From NCBI RefSeq assembly GCF_001194135.2, contig NC_068998.1, positions 36,725,893-36,789,892 on the forward strand: 64,000 bases of DNA, written 5' to 3'. Shown in pieces: positions 1-13,011 of this stretch. A model generated the notes under the pieces. That model searched no databases. It had not been told where the DNA came from and saw nothing but the letters and a program-made list of their open reading frames with translations. A program made the translations under genes and the position numbers. How positions within the stretch are numbered: the first letter of the stretch is position 1; every line of letters begins with the position of its first letter. Source of the DNA: Octopus bimaculoides (lineage: Eukaryota).

Positions 1-429
1 TATATATATGTGCAAATAAGTGTTCACTCTGCAAGTGCGTGGATCCTTTGGCAGTTGTGTGAACGCTTTTATGTATATGTATGTGTCTATATAAAGTGGG
101 ATATTATGCATGTTTCCCGCGCGCGTGCGTGTGTATATGTTTTAAATCTGTGTATGCAACTCTTGGTTGACTACAGTCAGAAAAGGCAGCTGTAGAACAC
201 ATAACGTCGTTATCTCTTGCATGTCACACTCACACACCCACACACACATATACGTACATAGACACGCACACATATTCGCATACACGCACATACGCACATC
301 TAGATAAACTCACATGTATTTGAGAAAATGTGAGGTAAAAAGGTGGTACCCAGTGCTTAAAGACAGAGCCTTCTTGAGTCATATAGACTAGTAACCCCCC
401 CCCNNNNNNNNNNCACACACACACACACA

Positions 430-583
430 CACCGCTGGACAGGATGCCAGTTGTCACAGGATTACTCATGTTAGCCTGGAGCAACATGAAATGAAGTATC
501 TTGCCGAAGAACACAACACGTCACCCGGACCTCGAAGCGAACGCACGTTCTTACAATCATGAGCTCAACATCCCTAACCGACT
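430..583 (-). mobile_element. tRNA-headed SINE, family C, degenerate 5' part
   Basis: Reverse complement reads head then GTGTTGTGTTCTTcGGCAAGAtACTTcATTTCAtGTTGCTCCAG, the same core seen at 63480-63692. Confidence 0.65.
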
Positions 584-2197
584 ATAATTTTCATCCTTCT
601 TGGGTTGATAATATAAATATCATTCAAATATTGAGCGTGACTAAATGAATCATACTGGCCTACAAAAATTCGTGACACTGTTACTCAAGCTAGAAATGTC
701 TGGCTGGGAAAAGACCAAATCGAATGAAATTAGTTTCTTATTTACAGACGTCAGAGAAAAATACATAATAAATAGATATTATTATTAAATTCTTTGTGAG
801 GGTTGAGACAAAATTTGAATATTAAAAGTCAATGGAAATAGTCACCTTTAGACAATAAGTATGATTTTTACACAACTCTTGTTCTACGTGACTCTTATTA
901 TATTATAAAACTTGTATCTACCATCGTTCGTGTATATTAATAAATATTATAATCGATTCAAGCAAGTCTACGGTTCAAACGCGTGCACATATGCAAGCGC
1001 TTACTCGTACGTGTTCACGAACATACGTATGCAATCACGCATCTATATATGTGTGTGTGTGTGTTTGTTTATGTGTGTGTGTGTGTGTGTGTGTGCGTGT
1101 GTGTGTGCACACACATATATAGATTAGTAAACGTTGTTGTTTTTAGCGGTGAAGAGAAATCTACTTCAGACATAAAGCAGAGTGAGTACATTTTATATTT
1201 TAGTACGCGAAGCTTCAAATCGTAACACAAAGTTCTAAGTTGTAGATTATTCAAACAATTTGAATAATGGGTAATGTAATGCTCTCTTTCTATATATATA
1301 TTATCCGAAGTATACAGATTTATATATCCATCATGGCCGGTCTTACCACCAGGAGTACAACGGAGTGTTAGGCAACAATCCGATTATATAACCCTCCGCT
1401 CATCAGAGTTAGCCGATATACATAGATAGGTAGCTATAGATAGATAGGTAGATATATAGATAGGTAGATACAGAGGGAGAGAGATACATACATATATGTA
1501 TATATGTACATATATGCCTGTATATAACTATACAGACACGTTCACGCACGCACACACACGCACGCACACACACGCACATAAATATATATATATATAATGA
1601 GAGAGTGTGGCAAAGAGAGTGTATTTTAAAATATAAATTGTACAACAAATAACTAGTAGTTAGAACTCCATGGTTGTTCGTATTCGTATTATTCCTCTCA
1701 TTTGGTAAAGATCCAGACTTTGGGTACTTTGTAGAGTACACGTAGAGGATAAAACAAGAGAGAGTGTTTATAAGATATTTACCTGCGCCATAATGTTAAT
1801 CTCGTTTCATTAGCAAAAATGCCTATAAGTTACGTATTGTAAATTATGTAATCTAAATATCAAATCTTCAGGGACGAGTATACTTTATACGTAACATTAA
1901 TGTATTATTAATTTAGGGACAGAAGTTACCATCATGGGAGTAGCAACCAGTAGGTCTTTGAAGATTTGATAATACATTTTGATTATGTGTTGTATATAAT
2001 GTAGCTAATGATAATTTTTTATTAATGAATTGTACGTAAGTTGATGTCACTAAATATCATATGTTTCGCTATATAAATACATAAATACACATATACACAT
2101 ACATAACGAAATAACTTGGAACTATATGCTTAGAGGTCTTCAGTGCATAAGCATGAGGAAAATATCTGAAACTAAATTTATGCTATTGTATACACAG

Positions 2198-2333
2198 GAA
2201 ACGTCGAGAATGGGTGAATATGAAGACGACAAATGAGAATGGGAAGCCTATAATGATTCAAGGATTTATTTCCTTGACTACAAAGACACAATCCATTGAC
2301 TTTGTAGACCACTACATGTTGCCGGCATGTTGA
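2198..2333 (+). CDS. Candidate terminal coding exon or retroposed 3' end (KRREWVNMKTTNENGKPIMIQGFISLTTKTQSIDFVDHYMLPAC*)
   Basis: CAG at 2195-2197, 44 open codons, TGA at 2331-2333, AATAAA at 2358 then an A tract. No family recognised. Confidence 0.2.
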
Positions 2334-2934
2334 TAATGTCATGTGCCAGGATACTACAATAAACGCAAAAAAAAAAAAAAGAATAAATTCATTGTTTTCT
2401 TTTGATTTGTACTTGATCTTCTTTCCACTAAAAGAATCTGCACCTAATCCAGTCATGTCAGATTTATAACTGTATCACTGTCTCGGATTAATACTCTCCG
2501 TCTCTGAATAGGTGACGCACACACATGCTTTTGTAGACCGATGATCAGGATGATCAGTTGTTCAATGGTCACAATTGAAACCTGTCATTACTCACTGGCC
2601 TGGTGTGTTTCTTTTTTCTTTCGCTCTCACTCCGGTTTATTAAAGTAACGATGAAATTACTTAATAACTTACTTTATACATTTTGTATAGAAATATATTT
2701 CTAGCTTTCTTTTTAAAATAATGTCATGGTATAACTGCAGAAAAGCTATTAGTTAAATTCATTTTTGATATTTTCAGTGTTATTAATCATAATACATTTA
2801 TCATAACTATAATAGTACTTTTATCGTAACTTTTAATGTTTTTGAAAAATATAAATGGGTATTGCATAAACCCTCGACGGAAGAAAAAAGTATATTAATA
2901 CGCGTGACGCGCACGCGCGAGCACACACACTCAC

Positions 2935-2952
2935 GTCATCTTGAGTATTAAT
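2935..2952 (-). CDS. Candidate 18-nt micro-exon (INTQDD in phase 0)
   Basis: Minus strand: ctgacta-(T)n-cag|ATTAATACTCAAGATGAC|gtgagt; strong acceptor and consensus donor; length is a multiple of 3. Confidence 0.35.
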
Positions 2953-3804
2953 CTGAAAAAAAAAATAGTCAGACCTTGCAACTGAATTCAAATTTCCTTT
3001 CTTTGCCGATCCTGACAATTATGTTACTGTTTGCAACACAAAGCACTACCCGCCTGTTTTTGTTAAATTAGGCATTAAACGTTTTAAGACTTTACTCCCC
3101 CTCTCTCTTCGCTCTCTCTCTCCCCCTCTCTCTCGGATTAGTGCTTACGATATCTTAAATATAATATATTTAATCTTCATCTGTTCATTTATAATTATGG
3201 ATATTTTGGGGGTTTAATTAATCTCATAAACACCAAAACAGAAGCAAAATAGCTTGTTTGTAAGGGAGCTGAATTGCCTGTGTAATAGAAATTGTATTTT
3301 CGAGGCTTGAAGTGTTACTATACACAACTGAAATATCTAAGTCTTAATTTGTCTGAGAAACGACAGCAACTATGTTTAGCCAGTAACACAGTCTCCTGGA
3401 ATGTAATAGACATGAGATCAGATTCCCGTTTTAAAACTATATTCTTAGTCTTGACTGGCTTGTGAAATTCGTTTATACTCAAAACTATTATAGCAACTAC
3501 ATTCAGAACACTTTCGCCAAATAGAACACATTGGAAAGAATACATAGCTAAAATTTAGCCGTTAATTTATGTCTATACCTGGGGTCTCCGTATTTATTGC
3601 AAGGAGCAGGTCAGGATAAGTATTTTTTCTTTCTTTCTTTTCTATTTTTCTCGAAGAAGCAGCTCGTGTATACAAGTCCCCCTTCTTTCTACATATGCAA
3701 AAGAAACGCAAGAACCGAAACAAGTTGGTATTACAGGCATCGCAAACTGCTGCTATCGGAACGCAAAGAGCCGGAATAAATACTGCGAACGAAGTATCCA
3801 ATCC

Positions 3805-3985
3805 ACTAACGATTGCACCAACACAATGTCCGAGACTGGTAAAATATTTATCGACCTCGAAAAGATGAAATGCAAAGTTGATCTCAATGACATTTGAAAT
3901 CAGAACGCAGAGAGATGGAACAAATAAATACCGCAAACCAATCTAACTGGCTCTCTAATGAATCTGGCTAATTTCCAGCACTTGA
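3805..3985 (-). mobile_element. SINE family B, degenerate
   Basis: Reverse complement contains GTTCTGAtTTCAAAT...GAGATCAACTTTGCaTTTCATCtTTTCGAGGTCGATAAA...TACCAGT. Confidence 0.75.
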
Positions 3986-4021
3986 TAATTTATGCGTGTG
4001 AGTGTGTGCGTGTGTGTGCAT

Positions 4022-4079
<58 letters not shown>

Positions 4080-4126
4080 NNNNNNNNNNNNNNNNNNNNN
4101 NNNNNNNNNNNNNNNNNNNNNNNNNN

Positions 4127-4563
4127 TAAAGAGAGTGAAAGTAAGAGAAAGAGTGTTATATATGGTTTGTGTGGTTGTAGGTGGCTGTATATGGTGCGCG
4201 CGTGTCTGTGTGTGTCTATGTGTGTGTCTATATGAGTGTAGATAAAGTAATACAGAGTGAACGGTACGGAGGGAGATTGATTGAAGAAAATCAAGATGCA
4301 AGAGAGAGAGAGAGAGAGAGAAAGAGAGAAGAAAAGAGAGGGAAGGACAGAGCAGAAGGAAACAGAAAAAAAGAGAGAAAGAAAAGTAAACATATAAATG
4401 CGAAATTGCCAGATTGCTATTAGGTTATACTCGTAGGATTTACACCTTTTGTTTTCTATACCAGAATATGAAGGAAACAACGCAGGTGAGAGGGGCCATT
4501 ATGTATGTATATATATATATAAATTGTAAATCCCAAAAATAACAACAAAACTANNNNNNNNNN

Positions 4564-4606
<43 letters not shown>

Positions 4607-4799
4607 TAAAGAGAGTGAAAGTAAGAGAAAGAGTGTTATATATGGTTTGTGTGGTTGTAGGTGGCTGTATATGGTGCGCGCGTGTCTGTGTGTGTCTATG
4701 TGTGTGTCTATATGAGTGTAGATAAAGTAATACAGAGTGAACGGTACGGAGGGAGATTGATTGAAGAAAATCAAGATGCAAGAGAGAGAGAGAGAGAGA
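4127..4799. repeat. Identical ~190-bp duplication (4127-4319 = 4607-4799)
   Basis: Two copies at offset 480 with no differences seen, each next to N gaps; likely unmerged contig overlap. Confidence 0.85.
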
Positions 4800-5734
4800 N
4801 NNNNNNNNNNNNNNNNNNNNNNNNNNNNNNNNNNNNNNNNNNNNNNNNNNNNNNNNNNNNNNNNNNNNNNNNNNNNNNNNNNNNNNNNNNNNNNNNNNNN
4901 NNNNNNNNNNNNNNNNNNNNNNNNNNNNNNNNNNNNNNNNNNNNNNNNNNNNNNNNNNNNNNNNNNNNNNNNNNNNNNNNNNNNNNNNNNNNNNNNNNNN
5001 NNNNNNNNNNNNNNNNNNNNNNNNNNNNNNNNNNNNNNNNNNNNNNNNNNNNNNNNNNNNNNNNNNNNNNNNNNNNNNNNNNNNNNNNNNNNNNNNNNNN
5101 NNNNNNNNNNNNNNNNNNNNNNNNNNNNNNNNNNNNNNNNNNNNNNNNNNNNNNNNNNNNNNNNNNNNNNNNNNNNNNNNNNNNNNNNNNNNNNNNNNNN
5201 NNNNNNNNNNNNNNNNNNNNNNNNNNNNNNNNNNNNNNNNNNNNNNNNNNNNNNNNNNNNNNNNNNNNNNNNNNNNNNNNNNNNNNNNNNNNNNNNNNNN
5301 NNNNNNNNNNNNNNNNNNNNNNNNNNNNNNNNNNNNNNNNNNNNNNNNNNNNNNNNNNNNNNNNNNNNNNNNNNNNNNNNNNNNNNNNNNNNNNNNNNNN
5401 NNNNNNNNNNNNNNNNNNNNNNNNNNNNNNNNNNNNNNNNNNNNNNNNNNNNNNNNNNNNNNNNNNNNNNNNNNNNNNNNNNNNNNNNNNNNNNNNNNNN
5501 NNNNNNNNNNNNNNNNNNNNNNNNNNNNNNNNNNNNNNNNNNNNNNNNNNNNNNNNNNNNNNNNNNNNNNNNNNNNNNNNNNNNNNNNNNNNNNGCATAT
5601 ATATACATATATATATACATGCATATATATACATATATATACATGCATATATATATATATACATGCATATATATACGTAAATATGCATATATATATATAT
5701 GTATGTATGTATGTAAGTATGTATGTATGTATGA

Positions 5735-5983
5735 GGCGCAGGCGTGACTGTGTAGTAAGTAGCTTGCTTACCAACTACATGGTTCCGGGTTCAGTCCCAC
5801 TGCGTGGTACCTTGGGCAAGTGTCATCTACTATAACCTCGGGCCGACCAAAGTCTTCTGAGTGGATTTGGCAGACTGAAAAAAGCCCGTATGTGTGTGTG
5901 CATGCGTGTGTGTATGTGTGCGTGTGTGTGTGTGTGCGTGCGTGCATGCAGTGTGTGTGTGTGTGTGTGTGTGCGTGCGTGTG
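5735..5983 (+). mobile_element. SINE family A, 5' half running into (GT)n and a gap
   Basis: GGCGCAGGCGTGACTGTGTAGTAAG (A box), GGGTTCAGTCCC (B box), then CTTGGGCAAGTGTCATCTACTATAACCTCGGGCCGACCAAAG core. Confidence 0.9.
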
Positions 5984-7897
5984 NNNNNNNNNNNNNNNNN
6001 NNNNNNNNNNNNNNNNNNNNNNNNNNNNNNNNNNNNNNNNNNNNNNNNNNNNNNNNNNNNNNNNNNNNNNNNNNNNNNNNNNNNNNNNNNNNNNNNNNNN
6101 NNNNNNNNNNNNNNNNNNNNNNNNNNNNNNNNNNNNNNNNNNNNNNNNNNNNNNNNNNNNNNNNNNNNNNNNNNNNNNNNNNNNNNNNGTATAAAGAGAG
6201 AGGGTTGGGGATGTAATGACGCTAATTATAGATAGCGATAGCTGGGAGAGGAAACTACCAGAATGAGAATTTGGGGATCCTGAATACAAACTTTGAATAC
6301 ATAATATTTATTAAGTTGAAAAGCTTGTGTTAACTGAGGATATCAATGCTGTTAGTAGACAAGTAAAGAACAAAAATTAGGATTGTTTAGTATTATTTAC
6401 ACCATGCTTGTCTCCGTAAGAATGTGAGTTGAGTGCGAGTCGTTGTCTACGTCTGTCTGTGCGTGAGTGTAGAGAGAGAGAGAGAGAGAACTGAAGAATT
6501 CCACACCATTCCAACTTCTCAACCAGTGTGGTTTACCAGTGAATTGAATACTGGTATGTCGTCCTCACAGCTTTCTTTGCTTTTCTTAACTTATTCACAC
6601 GTGTGACTATATCTGTCTGTCTGTCCGCCTCTGCAACTACATCTGTCGGCTTCAGCGGCATCCACTCTCTTGTCTGTCTGAAGGTTTCTATGTCTCTGTT
6701 TACCTTATCCTCTTCCTCTGTGTTTCTATCTCTTTCTTCCTTTCTCTTCCCACTCACTCACTCACTCACTTATTCACTCACTCCCTCACTTTCTCTCTCT
6801 CTTTCTCTCACCCCTCCCGCACTATCATTGGGTTCGAAAAGATACAAGCACAAGTGAACGTACATTTCTCTTATTTCTCTCTCACTAGATGTAAATTACA
6901 AATATGCAAATGTACAAGAGCTTCGACAGAAACATAAAAATATAGAAATGTAGGTTACAAATACATTTATAAACACATACACAAGCATCATGTGTGTGTG
7001 TATGTGTGTGTACATTAGTTGAACTGAGGACTCAATAGACAATTATGTAGAATGTATACTTTATTGCTTCACTATAACAGTAAGTGGCTCAACGGAGAGC
7101 TCATCTGCTTCACATACGCATACACACAAACGGCAGTATATGAAATGACAAATCGCAAAAACCAGCCCAATACCATTTTCTGTCTGCAACATACTACACA
7201 CCAAAGACTGATAATGAATGAGTTTTCTGCTCTGAAACTTCGGCATTTGGTGTCATAATCTTGAAGCTGCCAAGTGAATAGTCTTAGAATCCTTTTATCG
7301 AAAGCCGAACACACAAAGGCTTCTATTGATTTCCTGTCTCGATAGCGTTGTGAATTCTGTGTAACTCTAGAGACCTATGTTTCGCCTCATAGTTTGTAAT
7401 ATGACTATTGTATATGGATGTTCGTTGATAAAGCTAAATGCGTGTTCTCTTGACTTTGGCTGGTCTATAAAACTTGTTCAAAGACATTACTGGTGAAGAC
7501 AACTTAATCTGTGATACGCCAGAATAAATCTTAATCTCTAGCATCAACGTCATGCATCGTATGCTTTTGCAGCGAGTTGATGACGCTACGACGAAAGTCT
7601 TCACGATGAAGCGTGAGTTCTCTCATCGGAAGAAGTCATGGCATTACTTCGTTCTGACTTTCTTCTTAGTGTTTTCCTGGCGGCATCTCTAGTATATCAT
7701 GCGTAATTATAACCTGTGATACCTTCATTGAAGTCGTATAGCAAATTCTGATTCTTCCAGTTTAAAGACAGGTATAATATCGATTTTCCGCAACAGTTGG
7801 TTCCCAAGACTTCCCAGATTACTGAGTTTACGAACCAAAGATGTTCGCCTTGGTCAACACCCTAAATTAAATAAATATTAAATTCACTTAAATAATA

Positions 7898-8290
7898 GGC
7901 GCAGACATGGCTGTGTGGTAAGAACCTTGCTTCCTAACCACATAGTTTGAGGTTCAGTCCTAGTACATGGCACCTTGAGGAAGTTTCTTCCATTGTAGCC
8001 TCGGGCCAACGAAAGCCTTATGAATGGATTTGGTTGAAGGAAACTGAAAGAAGCTCGTTGTATATATGTATGTGTGTATGCGCGAGATGTGTGTGTGTTT
8101 GTGTCAGTGGTTGTCCCAGCACCACCGCTTGACAACCGGTGTTGTTGTGTTTACGTCACCGTAACGTAGCGGTTCGGCAAAAATGATCGGTAGAAAAGTA
8201 CCAGGCTCGATTCATCCGACTAACATTCTTCCAAGCGATGCCCCAGCACAGACGCGGTCTAACGACTGAAATAAGTAGAAGATAAAAGAT
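7898..8290 (+). mobile_element. SINE family A, near full length with internal (TA/TG)n
   Basis: tRNA-like head, core, microsatellite spacer, then TTGACAACCGGTGTTG...CCCCAGCA...GACTGAAATAAGTAGAAGATAAAAGA tail. Confidence 0.9.
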
Positions 8291-8820
8291 AACAAATAAC
8301 TAAATGTAATACAGGTACCTCTACATTATTATAAATTATGCAAGTTTATTAATACTGTACTGAGCAAGGTATCAGTAAACTAGTCTGGCGGCCATCTGCT
8401 CGTAAATTAGTGTAGATTATTAGAGACTCCGGATCATCAGAGTCCAGAAAGTCAAAGCTGTACATGTATCTCAATCTATGAATTTCTAGATATGTCTTGA
8501 TCTACATATGGCTCAAGCTGTGTCATTATCTGTAGTACTCAATGGTTTTATCGTAAACTGTAACGTCTCCAATTTAAATATCTTAATATATAAGACATCA
8601 CAGTTTGTGATACTTTAAAACAAAGCCTTGTTTTGTTGAACTTCCAAATCATATTGCAATCGGCAGTATACATGGTAAAATAATATTTTTTTGATATGTG
8701 ACACCCTTAAGCTGATATTCATCGGTGACTCCTCATGCAAAATATACTGATATGAACAACTTAGTTCCATATATACTAATATGGCACTTTTATACGTGTG
8801 GTTGTGTGAGTGTACGCACA

Positions 8821-8821
<1 letters not shown>

Positions 8822-8884
<63 letters not shown>
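8822..8884. repeat. (TA)n microsatellite
   Basis: Direct reading. Confidence 0.95.
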
Positions 8885-8885
<1 letters not shown>

Positions 8886-9042
8886 GTTTATATACGTATA
8901 TATTGTGTCTGTGTTTCTGTCTGTGTCTGTGTATGTATATGTAGATTGATGACGTCATAAGAATTTTATAAACTCTTGGATCATTTGATCTCGAAGAGCA
9001 TCATATAAAGCTATAAATTATAGCATGCTACTATCTATGTGT

Positions 9043-9082
<40 letters not shown>

Positions 9083-9114
9083 TTATTTATATATTCATAT
9101 ATGTATGCAGTCAC

Positions 9115-9385
9115 AGGCGTGGATGTGAGGTGAGAAGATTGCTCCCCAACTACATGGTTCTGGGTTCAGCATATATGAATGTCTTAGTTATTGTGCTTGT
9201 TCCTCTCGAATATTGACATGCAGTGCTGGTCTGTCTACGTCGCCGCAACTTAGCGATTCGGTAAAGAGAGGCCGATAATATGAGTGCCATGCTTAAATAA
9301 AACAAGTACTAGGGTCAAATTGTTAGAGAAAACTCTTCAAGACCGTTCCTCAACAATGTCACAATTTAATGAATGAGGTAATTAA
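9115..9385 (+). mobile_element. SINE family A, internally deleted and degenerate
   Basis: GGCGTGGATGTGAGGTGAGAAG head and GGGTTCAG, joined to the second-half motif CAACTTAGCGATTCGGTAAAGAGAGGCCGATA. Confidence 0.75.
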
Positions 9386-9609
9386 GAAATAAATATATAT
9401 ATATATATATATATGAATACATAAATGTCGAACAGTGGGAATGAGTTCTCAGCACTGCATTGGTGGATAAAGATTTTTATTTGTGCATTAAGGCTACCAT
9501 TGGTTTCATGTTAAGAAAATATCTTAATAATTCTTCTAGCCCATCACATGGAGAAATTGTTGTTCGCCTTTATTTTGGATTAAGACGCAAGAAATACAAT
9601 GTGCACATA

Positions 9610-9639
9610 CACACACATACACACATACACACGCGTGCG

Positions 9640-9725
<86 letters not shown>

Positions 9726-9740
9726 ACACACACACACACA
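9610..9740. repeat. Long (CA)n microsatellite
   Basis: Direct reading. Confidence 0.95.
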
Positions 9741-11610
9741 CATATCGTCAGGTAACTCCTCTGCATTTGGCTTCAAACTGTAACATATATTTCTAAATGA
9801 TATATCTGTGCTACACCGAGTTAGAACATCAGCATGTGTGAGTTACACGTTGATATGAAGTTGAACTTCTGTTGAATACTTCATATTACTATGTATGTAA
9901 ATATAATGAATACCTGATGGCCCCATTCCTGAAGTGAGAAAAAAGACTGTAGATATACAATTTCATACACACTGAGCATGTGCTCATATTTGCGTATAAA
10001 TTACAGAGACACAATTATAGATGCGCACACGTACGTATGCGAAGATATACACAAATGCATACACACATATATGCATTCATGCACACAAACCCATACATGC
10101 ATAACGCGTGTGTGGTCTATATATATAATTATGCATATGTACATGTATGTATACACACACACATACCTGTGTGTGTTTATATATAGATATATCATATAGA
10201 TAGATAGATACACGCATACATGCATACATCCATGCATACATACATACATACGTACATACATACATACATACATACATAAGAACACGTCACATGAAGTGGC
10301 AAAGGTTCATGCAGAAATAAATACCTGCGTCCCTGTATGAAATTTTGCACATAGCACATTCGCACACATAACATAAGAACATACGCATATACCCATGGAC
10401 TGACACACACACACACACACATACAAATATATACACACTCTCACAAACACACTAATATATGCATAAACATGTCCACACTCATATGCTTATATGCCCATCA
10501 CCATCTAACTATCTATCTATCTATCTATATTTTTCTCATNNNNNNNNNNNNNNNNNNNNNNNNNNNNNNNNNNNNNNNNNNNNNNNNNNNNNNNNNNNNN
10601 NNNNNNNNNNNNNNNNNNNNNNNNNNNNNNNNNNNNNNNNNNNNNNNNNNNNNNNNNNNNNNNNNNNNNNNNNNNNNNNNNNNNNNNNNNNNNNNNNNNN
10701 NNNNNNNNNNNNNNNNNNNNNNNNNNNNNNNNNNNNNNNNNNNNNNNNNNNNNNNNNNNNNNNNNNNNNNNNNNNNNNNNNNNNNNNNNNNNNNNNNNNN
10801 NNNNNNNNNNNNNNNNNNNNNNNNNNNNNNNNNNNNNNNNNNNNNNNNNNNNNNNNNNNNNNNNNNNNNNNNNNNNNNNNNNNNNNNNNNNNNNNNNNNN
10901 NNNNNNNNNNNNNNNNNNNNNNNNNNNNNNNNNNNNNNNNNNNNNNNNNNNNNNNNNNNNNNNNNNNNNNNNNNNNNNNNNNNNNNNNNNNNNNNNNNNN
11001 NNNNNNNNNNNNNNNNNNNNNNNNNNNNNNNNNNNNNNNNNNNNNNNNNNNNNNNNNNNNNNNNNNNNNNNNNNGACAAGTTACTGAAGAGATTGCAAGA
11101 GTGCAATGAAATAATTTAACAAAAAACTATATAAATTAATAAAGGACTGAACCAGTGCGTGTGTTTATTACCGGCATAATGCCTCTCCCAAGGTTTAATT
11201 GTATTTCTTTCAACACACGTATCCACATCAAGAATCTTGCACACGAAATACACATACGAAATATATATTTATATATATATGCATGCCTACCTACATATGA
11301 ATCTGCACGCACATATACCATCAAACAGCACTTTCTATCATTACGTACCCTAACTGTTAGACGGTAAAGAAACACCCAAATAGCACACACACACATATAA
11401 GTACGCACTCACGCACTGGCTCTCTATTGTACACACACGTATCTACAAAGATATTACATGTGTTTTTTGAGTGTGCTTGCTTTTATTTGCCCAGACAAGA
11501 GGAAAGGCATACAATGCACACGCTCGCGTATGCATTTAATTACACATTAAAGGCACTCAAGCAGCATATGCGCGCGCGCATGTGTATTGCATATATATAT
11601 GTATATATAT

Positions 11611-11823
11611 ATATACTTTATTAAAAGCAGCAGAAATCTCACGAAAAACTGTTACTCAGATTTTCACGTTTCCGTTCGTCGAACGACGAAGAGGAACGTG
11701 AAACTCCGAGTAACAGTTTTTGTAATATTTCTACTGCTTTTAATAAAGTATATTACTCTACCTCTGGTATTTGAGTACTCAGTTTTCCACCTTGTTTCAC
11801 ATTTATGTGCTTACTCCGGTATA
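11611..11823. mobile_element. Foldback element: ~65-bp imperfect inverted arms (11611-11753) plus unique right extension; possibly Penelope-like terminal repeat or MITE
   Basis: ATATACTTTATTAAAAGCAGCAGAAAT...AAAAACTGTTACTC...TTTCACGTT pairs with AACGTGAAA...GAGTAACAGTTTTT...ATTTCTACTGCTTTTAATAAAGTATAT. Confidence 0.7.
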
Positions 11824-11839
11824 TTAAATATATGTATAT

Positions 11840-11883
<44 letters not shown>

Positions 11884-12430
11884 ACATATATATATATATG
11901 TTTTTATATATATATGTGTATATATATATAAANNNNNNNNNNNNNNNNNNNNNNNNNNNNNNNNNNNNNNNNNNNNNNNNNNNNNNNNNNNNNNNNNNNN
12001 NNNNNNNNNNNNNNNNNNNNNNNNNNNNNNNNNNNNNNNNNNNNNNNNNNNNNNNNNNNNNNNNNNNNNNNNNNNNNNNNNNNNNNNNNNNNNNNNNNNN
12101 NNNNNNNNNNNNNNNNNNNNNNNNNNNNNNNNNNNNNNNNNNNNNNNNNNNNNNNNNNNNNNNNNNNNNNNNNNNNNNNNNNNNNNNNNNNNNNNNNNNN
12201 NNNNNNNNNNNNNNNNNNNNNNNNNNNNNNNNNNNNNNNNNNNNNNNNNNNNNNNNNNNNNNNNNNNNNNNNNNNNNNNNNNNNNNNNNNNNNNNNNNNN
12301 NNNNNNNNNNNNGCTGATACATGGGTATTTTATTTGAATGTCTATCATTAAACTGTCTTCTTTCGCTGCCCACCCATTTTGAAGTGCTTCCACAGTTTTA
12401 AATCAGCGCTTTCGATTACGCACTGTCGCG

Positions 12431-12465
<35 letters not shown>

Positions 12466-12761
12466 CCTCACACATACACATACACACTCACACACACACA
12501 CAGTGAGGATAAAAGCCTGTATGTAATTACACACGACCCAGCGCAACCCATCACTTAATAACGTTGGCATGTTCCTAATTTACCGCCCTCACAGCTGTTG
12601 TTCTTATAGCGTTTTTACACCTAAGTTGCTCTTGTTATCAATGTTAGGTTTTCTTTTTCGGCTTTTCTGACTTTCGTTTTATTGTTTTGTGTTGTTACCA
12701 CCGTAACTCTCACTGCTGTTGCTGTTGCTGCTGCTACAACAATAGCAGCAACTACTACTAC

Positions 12762-12768
12762 CACCACC

Positions 12769-12851
<83 letters not shown>
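12762..12851. repeat. (ACC)n(ACT)n trinucleotide array
   Basis: Direct reading. Confidence 0.95.
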
Positions 12852-12853
<2 letters not shown>

Positions 12854-12974
12854 ACTATTCCTTTCGAATGCGTTCGTTTTGAACGAAATATTTCCGTCTA
12901 GTATCGATAGGCAGTTAACCAAGGCGTGGCATATATATATACATAGACACGCATACACACAAACACACTCACTT

Positions 12975-13011
<37 letters not shown>

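Noticed and set aside
3318-3936. Apparent Na+/H+ exchanger motifs: FGESVLN at 3501-3521 (minus) and GAIVS..D in ORF 3562-3936
   Set aside because: The GAIVS segment lies inside a degenerate SINE B copy, the essential Asp of the ND motif is absent, and the flanks do not align with SLC9 proteins. Treated as coincidence.
4499-5774. Long ORFs of 300-430 aa here and at 10.5, 17, 23.7-24.9, 29.2-30.5, 37-38.9 and 43.6-44.5 kb
   Set aside because: They are open only because N gaps translate as X and the flanks are dinucleotide repeats.
8330-8500. Minus-strand ~50-codon stretch IKTYLEIHRLRYMYSFDFLDSDDPESLIIYTNLRADG...
   Set aside because: No recognisable domain and no convincing splice-site pair; this length can occur by chance.
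12330-12420. FKTVEALQNGWAAKEDSLMIDI resembling a Tc1 transposase C-terminus
   Set aside because: Too short, cut by a gap, and no TIR found.
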